Source of the DNA: Promethearchaeota archaeon
Lineage (GTDB): Archaea > Asgardarchaeota > Lokiarchaeia > Sigyniarchaeales > SOKP01
Direction: 5' to 3'
NCBI GenBank assembly: GCA_048939015.1
Contig: JBHLPW010000013.1
Coordinates: forward strand, 20,607-84,606
DNA: 64,000 nucleotides
Positions 9,397 to 16,922 of this stretch are shown one piece after another. The position numbers were made by a program, and so were the translations under genes. Below the pieces are notes generated by a model that worked only from the letters and a program-made list of their open reading frames with translations, did not search any database and was not told the origin of the DNA. Each line of letters opens with the position of its first letter. Position 1 is the first letter of the stretch.

Positions 9397-10125
9397 TCAC
9401 ACCTCGATACCTTTTAGGAATTCTTCTGTCATTTTTACAGGTCTTCCCATTGTAGATTTAAGAAACATAGACTTAAAATTGTTAAATTTATGTGGCATTT
9501 GATCAGCAATAAAGTTCACTACGGTCTTCATATTCTCGTACAATTTTTCTTTATCTAGCGATTTTTTACCGATCTTAGCAAATATAATTGGTTGTTTTTT
9601 CATTTGAATCCTTATTACTTTTTTATACCGTTCATATGCTACATTTAAATCTTCTGGACTTGAAATAATTCCATAACCTGTCGGGAAAGGTTTTGGCATT
9701 TTACCAACTGGGCCAAGAAATCGAGCTAAGTATCGAGCAACGTCTCTCATCATTTTATCTTCTACTACAAAAAAATCATATTTTTTAGCGAATTTTTTCT
9801 TAGATTTCTTCTCTTCCCTATCCAAATTAACTAAGCCCTCTGAATCAAGAGTATCAACTCCCAGTTTTTTTGCGGCTAACAAAATCTCATCAGAAGCAAT
9901 TACACATATATTGGGTTTATCTTCAGAAGATATGTCATTGGATAAGATAATTTCTTTATCGATTCTGTTTTTTGGATCATTTAGATTCACATCCTTGATA
10001 TTTATGATAAGATCAATTGATTCATCAAATTTTCTAACTTTGTCTTTGTACCCTTCTTTTTTAATTACAGATAAGTCAATAGCAGCATTTAATGATCTCT
10101 TTAATAATTTATCATCCACTTTCAA
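9397..10125 (-). CDS. rpl1: 50S ribosomal protein L1
   Basis: RKFDESIDLII, LGPVGKMPKP, KSTMG. Confidence 0.95.
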   Translation of the reverse strand: MKVDDKLLKRSLNAAIDLSVIKKEGYKDKVRKFDESIDLIINIKDVNLNDPKNRIDKEIILSNDISSEDKPNICVIASDEILLAAKKLGVDTLDSEGLVNLDREEKKSKKKFAKKYDFFVVEDKMMRDVARYLARFLGPVGKMPKPFPTGYGIISSPEDLNVAYERYKKVIRIQMKKQPIIFAKIGKKSLDKEKLYENMKTVVNFIADQMPHKFNNFKSMFLKSTMGRPVKMTEEFLKGIEV

Positions 10126-10131
10126 TCCTTC

Positions 10132-10626
10132 TTATTCACCCCTGATTTTATCATCAAATTCTCCATTACTAATTTTTTCTTGTATAATTCGTGGATCCTC
10201 GCCTTCAACTGTTAAGCCTACTGATAATGCTGTCCCTAACACCGTTTTTAGAGCAGCTTTATATGTTTTATCTAAGAATTTATCTCTTTTTGCATCAACG
10301 ACATTTTGAATTTGATCAAGTGTTATATTTCCTATCTTTGTTTCTGAACAACTTGAACTCCCCTTTTCAACACCTACTTCTTTAAGCAATAAGGATGCCG
10401 TGGATGGAGTTTCGACAAAGATTTCGAATTGCTTTGTTTCTGGATCGCATTCAATTCTAACTGGAACCGTTAGACCCCTAAAGACAGTCGTCTGTTTGTT
10501 GATCTCATCCACTACATCTTTAATATTAATACCTGTGGGACCAACAGCAGGACCAATTGGGGGACCACCACTTGCACTACCCCCTGTCACAAGAGCCTTT
10601 ACAACAACTTTTCCTTTTTCACTCAC
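10132..10626 (-). CDS. rpl11: 50S ribosomal protein L11
   Basis: GGSASGGPPIGPAVGPTGIN, PSTASLL, GTALSVG. Confidence 0.96.
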   Translation of the reverse strand: MSEKGKVVVKALVTGGSASGGPPIGPAVGPTGINIKDVVDEINKQTTVFRGLTVPVRIECDPETKQFEIFVETPSTASLLLKEVGVEKGSSSCSETKIGNITLDQIQNVVDAKRDKFLDKTYKAALKTVLGTALSVGLTVEGEDPRIIQEKISNGEFDDKIRGE

Positions 10627-10839
10627 TTAATCTCACTGTATTTCTTATTTAGATTTAATTAAAAAAATATATTCAAGCATAAGACCGCGAAATTAACCAT
10701 AATTCCAATTTCAATATATCTTTTATATCGAAACCGCACTAATTTGCGTCCTAAGTTTCTTAGAATAATATTTTTTTAAACTTAGTATATATGAGAATAA
10801 AGCGCTGTTAAAAAATTTTTCCAAAATTGAATGGTATAT

Positions 10840-11022
10840 TTATCTGCAACACAATCTACGTCCATGGTCTAAATTGCATCTAAAATATTCTTCAGATAAT
10901 ATATTTTTTACAGTCTCAAGATCTAAATCAACTTTTTTACTTATCTCCTCAATATCCATACCTGGAATTGATATTAATTTCAAAATCTCCTCTTTGACTG
11001 CATCATTAATTTCTGTACTCAT
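10840..11022 (-). CDS. Small hypothetical HTH-like protein
   Basis: 60-aa ORF; GMDIEEISKKVDLDLETVKNIL has a helix-turn-helix pattern. Confidence 0.5.
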   Translation of the reverse strand: MSTEINDAVKEEILKLISIPGMDIEEISKKVDLDLETVKNILSEEYFRCNLDHGRRLCCR

Positions 11023-11069
11023 TATGATAAATCATTGGTTTTCATTAATAAATTTTAACTTAATAAATT

Positions 11070-12206
11070 TTAACTGGTAAATCTGATCATTTCATCAATA
11101 ATTTGATGATTTGGAATTATTAATTCTGCAGCACCAGTTTCAGCAGCCACTTTAGGCATTCCATATAGTATACTTGTCTCCTCTGACTCTGCAATTGTAG
11201 TTCCACCTAACGCTTTAATAGCTCTTAAGCCTTCTACTCCATCTCTTCCCATTCCAGTCAACAATATACCAAGTGTGTTTTCTCTGTAAACACGTGCAGT
11301 CGAATAAAATAAGACATCTACGGATGGTCTGCAGAAATTAACTGGTTCTCCTTCAAAAGTTCTTATGTAAGGCTTGTCATTTTTGACCGTTACCTGCATA
11401 TGTTTATCTCCTGGAGAAATATAGATAATTCCAGGTTCAATTTCCTCATAATTCATCCCAATTTTTACTCTAGCTTTACAGATACTTTTTAAAGATGTTG
11501 CAAACTGTCGCATGAAGAGATGGTTTAAGTGTTGCACCACCAAAATAGGCGCAGGATAATTTTGAGGAATTTCGCTTAGGATTGCGCTTAAAGTTCTTGG
11601 ACCACCTACACTTGCTCCAATAACAACTACTTTGGTTGGTATTTTTGTTAATTTAACAGGTGTAAGGTCTAAAAAATAATCTTCTGATCGGTATTCAAAG
11701 GTGGTTATTGATTTGATATTAAATTGAGGTTCTACTTTCTTTTCCTGTTTTTGTTGAGTTATAATCTGTTTATGTATCAATCTAGATTTACTATCTATTT
11801 TCTTTCTTTTAGAAAAATCTAACTTAAAAATTTTAGAGACTATTTCATCTTTAATCTTCGGGAGGGTTTCTCTCCATATACCAGGTGGTTTAACGATATA
11901 TTCATGTGATTTTAATATAACAGGAATTTCTAAAGATTCTAATTTGTTAGGATCACAATCAGTTAGTATTATAGTTGGAATATCATAATTTTTTGTTATT
12001 TGATTGAATGGGTAAAACCACTCTTTATTTTCATATTCAATATCGACGATTAATATATCGGGATTTTTTTCTTCAATAATATCTATTGTTTCTTGACCAT
12101 TTCTGGCCGTACCAACTATGATTATATCTTTATAAGGTGATAAAATTTCAGTCAATAAAGTTCTACGAAAAGCTGATACAGAAGCTATTAAAACAATACG
12201 TGACAT
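11070..12206 (-). CDS. cheB: CheB-type protein-glutamate methylesterase with atypical receiver domain
   Basis: GASVGGP (Ser), VQHL (His), RPSVDVLF, LTGMGRDG (Asp), LYGMP. Confidence 0.9.
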   Translation of the reverse strand: MSRIVLIASVSAFRRTLLTEILSPYKDIIIVGTARNGQETIDIIEEKNPDILIVDIEYENKEWFYPFNQITKNYDIPTIILTDCDPNKLESLEIPVILKSHEYIVKPPGIWRETLPKIKDEIVSKIFKLDFSKRKKIDSKSRLIHKQIITQQKQEKKVEPQFNIKSITTFEYRSEDYFLDLTPVKLTKIPTKVVVIGASVGGPRTLSAILSEIPQNYPAPILVVQHLNHLFMRQFATSLKSICKARVKIGMNYEEIEPGIIYISPGDKHMQVTVKNDKPYIRTFEGEPVNFCRPSVDVLFYSTARVYRENTLGILLTGMGRDGVEGLRAIKALGGTTIAESEETSILYGMPKVAAETGAAELIIPNHQIIDEMIRFTS

Positions 12207-12285
12207 TATTAAATTTTTATTCTACTATTTCATAATATAAAAGCCTAAGTTTATATATCTACTGAAAAGATAAAAAATAGAATAG

Positions 12286-12978
12286 TTAAAAATTCCATTC
12301 TTCTTTCTCTAAGATGACTTTATGTGATATTGAACCAATTTGTTCTATTGAAGCTTCAACCAAATCACCGGGTTGAATTGGACCTACTCCACTAGGAGTA
12401 CCAGTTGCAATAATATCTCCAGTAAATAATGTGACAAACTTAGAGATATATGATAAAATTTCAGGAATCTTAAAAATCATATATTTTGTATTTGATTGTT
12501 GACGGATTTCTCCATTAATTTTTAACTCAATATCTAAATTATGTGGATCTTTGATTTCATTAAAATCAACGATTTTTGGACCAATTGGTCCAAATGTATC
12601 AAAATTTTTACTCCTATACCAAGGTAAATTAATATTTCTATCACTTATCTGCATTTTTCTAGCAGTTATATCTAGAAAAATAGAATATCCTTCAATATAT
12701 TCATCTGTATGCTCCTTTTGAATATTTTTGCAAGGCTTAGAAATTATAAACGCTAATTCTACTTCATGATCTACTTGATTATAATCTTTATTATCATACA
12801 GTATTTTGGGATAGATTATTGGATTCCCATCAGATACTAAGGTGTTAACAGTTTTTCCAAAAAAGACGGGACTTTTGGGGACTTGTGCTTTCATCTCCTT
12901 TGCATGTTCTATATAATTACGCCCTAAACAAATTATTTTTGTAGGATTTATCTCTTTTTCTCCAACCTTGATAATAAT
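12286..12978 (-). CDS. Fumarylacetoacetate hydrolase family protein (paralogue 2), probable ATT start
   Basis: DHEVELA, KNFDTFGPIGP, GDIIATGTPSG; frame stays open upstream of the track's ATG (12894) through INPTKIICLGRNYIEHAKEM to ATT at 12978. Confidence 0.88.
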   Translation of the reverse strand: MIIKVGEKEINPTKIICLGRNYIEHAKEMKAQVPKSPVFFGKTVNTLVSDGNPIIYPKILYDNKDYNQVDHEVELAFIISKPCKNIQKEHTDEYIEGYSIFLDITARKMQISDRNINLPWYRSKNFDTFGPIGPKIVDFNEIKDPHNLDIELKINGEIRQQSNTKYMIFKIPEILSYISKFVTLFTGDIIATGTPSGVGPIQPGDLVEASIEQIGSISHKVILEKEEWNF

Positions 12979-12981
12979 TTT

Positions 12982-13656
12982 TTATTCACCCTCCAAAATT
13001 ACTTTATTTGTGAGTGTACCAATCTTTTCTATTGTGGCTTCAATGATATCACCTGGTTGTACTGGGCCAATACCACTTGGAGTCCCTGTAGCTATAATAT
13101 CTCCAGGCTCAAGAGTAAACATTGTACTTATGTATTCCATAAGTTTCGGTATTTTAAATAATAGATGCTTAGTGTTTGAATATTGCTTAACCTCTCCATT
13201 TAACTTTAATTCGATATTTAAATTATGTGGATCTTTGATTTCGTTAGTATCAACAATTCTTGGTCCAATGGGTCCAAACGTGTCAAATGATTTAGACCGA
13301 AACCATGGTAATTTTGAAATTATGTCCTTTGCTTGCATTTTCCGCGCAGTAATATCATTAAATACAGTATAACCGAGAATATGGTTATATACATCATCTA
13401 ATGGAACATATTTACATTTATCTTTTATAATAAATGCCAATTCTACTTCATAATCCACTCTATTATATTTCCGTTGGTTAAATAAAAATTTAGGATAAAT
13501 AATCGATTCATTATCGGAAATCAAGCAATTTAAAGTTTTAGGAAAAAGAACTGGCTCTTTTGGAACATCTAAACCTGTTTCTTCGATATGATCCATGTAA
13601 TTTGTTCCAATACAGATTATCTTTGTCGGATTTATTGTATGTATTCCAATTCTCAT
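12982..13656 (-). CDS. Fumarylacetoacetate hydrolase family protein (paralogue 1)
   Basis: KIICIGTNYMDH, DYEVELA, KSFDTFGPIGP, GDIIATGTPSG. Confidence 0.92.
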   Translation of the reverse strand: MRIGIHTINPTKIICIGTNYMDHIEETGLDVPKEPVLFPKTLNCLISDNESIIYPKFLFNQRKYNRVDYEVELAFIIKDKCKYVPLDDVYNHILGYTVFNDITARKMQAKDIISKLPWFRSKSFDTFGPIGPRIVDTNEIKDPHNLNIELKLNGEVKQYSNTKHLLFKIPKLMEYISTMFTLEPGDIIATGTPSGIGPVQPGDIIEATIEKIGTLTNKVILEGE

Positions 13657-13790
13657 GATTTCCTATATCACAGATTTTCTATATCAAACTTTAAATTAAT
13701 TTAGAATATGATTAAACTTTAATGAAATTTATTCTTCAAAATTATAGTAAGTCAGTTACAAAAATAGACATAATAAATTATTGAAAAACT

Positions 13791-14381
13791 ATGAATGAAA
13801 AGGATTCAAATAAGATAAAGGGAGACATTGAAGAAAAAAAATTTTTTCAAAATACAGTAACTAAAAAAATAGCAACATCAGCAATTTTTGTTGGAGTCGG
13901 TATAGTTTTAAGTCATATTAATCCTTTTGCCTTCATACCCATAATTGGAGCAAAAATTTTTCCATTTGCCCATTTTATTAATGCGATAACGGGAGTTCTA
14001 TTAGGCCTCGCATTCTCAACCACTACTGCTTTAGGAATTGCAATTGTACGATTTTCTTTAGCATTAGGGACAATACACGCATTTCATGGACATTTATCTG
14101 GAGCTGTTATAGTTTCTATAACAGCTTATTTCTTATGGAAATATAAACCAAAATATATAGATTTGGCAGCTTTAACTGAACCTTTGGGAACCGTTTTTAT
14201 TGCTGGAACAATAGCAGAAATGATAACTCCAGTTCAAGGCGTTGCGTCATTAACAGGTTTATTGTTTTTTTGGGGCTTATTTGGACTGAGTAGTATCCCC
14301 GGGTGTGTATTGGGATATTTAGCATTAAAAATCTTGAGAAGAACTGGAATTACAAGAGAAGATTTCATTCAACAATTATAA
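13791..14381 (+). CDS. thiW: ECF transporter S-component, ThiW-like
   Basis: KIFPFAHFINAITGVLLG, GTIHAF, EPLGT, SSIPG. Confidence 0.8.
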   Translation: MNEKDSNKIKGDIEEKKFFQNTVTKKIATSAIFVGVGIVLSHINPFAFIPIIGAKIFPFAHFINAITGVLLGLAFSTTTALGIAIVRFSLALGTIHAFHGHLSGAVIVSITAYFLWKYKPKYIDLAALTEPLGTVFIAGTIAEMITPVQGVASLTGLLFFWGLFGLSSIPGCVLGYLALKILRRTGITREDFIQQL

Positions 14382-14401
14382 TCACCAAAAATTAAGGTAA
14401 A

Positions 14402-14989
14402 ATGGTATTACGTGATAAGTTTGAATTTGATGATTTAATAGGGCATTATACTTTCCTTTATGGTGAAACTAATACTAAAAAGACATTTTATACTGCAAAA
14501 TTCGTTCAATATCTCATAGAATCAAGAAATTTTGACCCAAAAGAAATCAGTATTTTGGATTTCGCTCCACCACATAGTATTATTGGCGGGGTTAAAATTG
14601 GAGGTAAAATCAAAGATTTTTACCAAGAGATTGATAACTGTAATAATTTGTATTTTGAAGGAGAGATTCTTCCACCTCGTCTTAATGCAAGAAATATCAA
14701 AGAACTTTACGAAAATGCATGTAAAAATTTTGAAAAAGCATTTAAAATATTAAATTTATTTAACAATAAACCTACTTCAATTTTAATTATCAATGATATA
14801 TCAATTTATTTTCATATAGGAAATAAAAAACTACTATTAGACTCAATAAATAAAACCAATACTTTTTTTGGAAATTCATATTATGGCTCTTCTATAAAAA
14901 GTGATTTTGACACTCTATTTAGTTTAAGAGAAAAGAGATTAGTAGAATATTTGGTAAAAAAGATAGAAAATTCTTATTTCACTGGGTAA
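14402..14989 (+). CDS. Hypothetical protein with degenerate P-loop
   Basis: LYGETNTKKT Walker-A-like; ILDFAP, INDISIY. Confidence 0.55.
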   Translation: MVLRDKFEFDDLIGHYTFLYGETNTKKTFYTAKFVQYLIESRNFDPKEISILDFAPPHSIIGGVKIGGKIKDFYQEIDNCNNLYFEGEILPPRLNARNIKELYENACKNFEKAFKILNLFNNKPTSILIINDISIYFHIGNKKLLLDSINKTNTFFGNSYYGSSIKSDFDTLFSLREKRLVEYLVKKIENSYFTG

Positions 14990-15077
14990 ATTTTGCTAAA
15001 ACATACTAAGACAAAATAAATTTAATTAATGTCCAATTAATTTATCTACAAAATATATATAAAATTAATTGGGTAAG

Positions 15078-15722
15078 ATGAAAAAATTAATATTATTTGG
15101 GCCACCTGGAGCAGGAAAAGGCACTTTTTCAGGCCAAATAAAAAAGGTCGCTCCGGAAATTGTTCATATAAGCACAGGAGATATTTTTAGAGAAAATTTA
15201 AAAAATGAAACACCTCTAGGAATGAAAGCCAAAGCTTATATGGATAAAGGTGAATTAGTACCTGATGATGTTACTATTGATATGGTTAAGGATAGGTTGA
15301 ATAGAGAGGATGTGAAGAAAAATGGTTTTATTCTTGATGGATTTCCTCGTACTCTAACTCAAGCTGAAGCATTAACAGATATAACTGATATAGATTTACT
15401 TCTTTTATTAAAGGTTTCTCGGGATATAATATTTAAAAGAATATTAGGAAGGTATAGCTGTAAAAATTGCGGAGAAATATATAATAAATACACTCTTCCA
15501 CCAAAAGTGGAAGGTAAGTGTGATAAATGTGGTGCTGAAATTAAGTTTGAACAAAGAAGTGATGATAATGAAGAAACCTTGAAAAATAGGTTAGATGCTT
15601 ATGAGAAAAATGCCAAGCCACTTATCAAGTATTATAAGAAAGGAGGAAAGCTGAAAAAGGTTGATGCCACAGATACTTTGAGTTTCACTGAAGAAGATAT
15701 AAAGAAAATTATAGAAATATAA
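15078..15722 (+). CDS. adk: Adenylate kinase, bacterial/long type with Zn lid
   Basis: GPPGAGKGT, HISTGDIFR, GELVPD, LDGFPRT, CKNC/CDKC lid, QRSDD. Confidence 0.95.
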   Translation: MKKLILFGPPGAGKGTFSGQIKKVAPEIVHISTGDIFRENLKNETPLGMKAKAYMDKGELVPDDVTIDMVKDRLNREDVKKNGFILDGFPRTLTQAEALTDITDIDLLLLLKVSRDIIFKRILGRYSCKNCGEIYNKYTLPPKVEGKCDKCGAEIKFEQRSDDNEETLKNRLDAYEKNAKPLIKYYKKGGKLKKVDATDTLSFTEEDIKKIIEI

Positions 15723-15749
15723 AATTTTTCTTTCAATTTCATTCTAATT

Positions 15750-16490
15750 ATGAATTTTAATCTCTGTATACCAATACCTATTAAATATTCAAGGATAGAA
15801 CAAGTTAAACCACTCATAGATAAAGCAATAAAATCAAAACCTAATCTAATTGAACTAAGATTTGACTATATTCCTAATATTCAGGCACTTTCAGTAGGTT
15901 TTGTAAAAGATTTATTAAATATTATTGATCCTAATGTTGCTGTTATCTTCACCTTAAGAGACTCATCTGAAGGTGGTAAACTTAAAATAAATCAAAATGA
16001 GCGCTTTAAATTATTGAAAATGTTAATAGAGACTAAACCTGAATATCTTGATATAGAGATGAATACAGAAAACAATTTTCTTGTTGAGATCATCAATTTA
16101 GCAATTCAAAATAAAGTTAAAATAATTTTTTCATACCATAATTTTGAAAATACATTAACTTTCGAAGAATCGATCAAACTCATAAAAGATCTCAATCAAA
16201 AATTAACTCAAGATTTATCCTTAGATTTGATAAATCTTGAAGAAGTTGTTTATAAAGTTATTTTTACAGCTCAAAATTTCGAAGATAATTTAATACCCTT
16301 AAAACTCTGTAAAGATTTCTCTCATTCCAATCAAAAGATCATCTCATTCTGTATGGGAGAATTAGGCATCTTCTCAAGAATCATGTGTGTTCTTACTGGT
16401 TCATTTTTAACTTATACATCTTTAGAAGAACAAACAGCACCAGGACAAATAAATATAAGAAAACTAAGGGAAATCTACAATCTATTATAA
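15750..16490 (+). CDS. aroD: 3-dehydroquinate dehydratase type I
   Basis: IELRFD, FTLR..EGG, SYHNF, FCMGELG..SRI, TAPGQ. Confidence 0.93.
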   Translation: MNFNLCIPIPIKYSRIEQVKPLIDKAIKSKPNLIELRFDYIPNIQALSVGFVKDLLNIIDPNVAVIFTLRDSSEGGKLKINQNERFKLLKMLIETKPEYLDIEMNTENNFLVEIINLAIQNKVKIIFSYHNFENTLTFEESIKLIKDLNQKLTQDLSLDLINLEEVVYKVIFTAQNFEDNLIPLKLCKDFSHSNQKIISFCMGELGIFSRIMCVLTGSFLTYTSLEEQTAPGQINIRKLREIYNLL

Positions 16491-16529
16491 AAGAATCATT
16501 AAATTTAGGCTCTTCTGAAAATGTGAACA

Positions 16530-16627
16530 TTTAATATCATTTTCACATGTATTATCACCCTTTTGAACACACATTTTGTCTGTTTAACCTCACCAGTATG
16601 TATCTCCAGCATTCTTAATATTCCTAA
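16530..16627 (-). pseudogene. Frameshifted remnant of a V4R-like domain gene
   Basis: LGILRMLEIHTGEVKQTKC then, after an extra GT dinucleotide, VQKGDNTCENDIK (ExxC..KGD..CE pattern). Confidence 0.5.
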
Positions 16628-16709
16628 ATAAATATTTTCAATTCAATAATAAATACTCTTTACAAAAAAGTATAAATAATGACCTAATAATAATTATCTT
16701 AATAGGAAA

Positions 16710-16922
16710 ATTTCCAATTTGCATAAAAAAAATGATTAGATCATGATTTAACATTTCCAATTTATATAACAGAAATGATTAGATTATGACTAAAAATATC
16801 CAATTTACAAAAAAAAATGATTAGATCATGATTAAACATTTCCAATTTGCAAAAAAAATGATTAGATCATGATTCAACTTTTCCTATTTACATAAAAAAA
16901 AATGATTAGAACATGATTAAAA
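16710..16922 (+). repeat. Five imperfect tandem copies of a 41-44 bp unit (consensus atttccaatttrcaw-polyA-tgattagatcatgattnaac)
   Basis: Units start at 16710, 16753, 16796, 16838, 16879; the last contains the ATG (16913) of the downstream gene. Confidence 0.92.

Noticed and set aside
10680-10770. L1-binding autoregulatory leader upstream of rpl11
   Set aside because: Small hairpins exist, but the L1 target consensus could not be identified
16710-16922. CRISPR array
   Set aside because: Units are contiguous imperfect repeats with no unique spacers, and no cas genes are present
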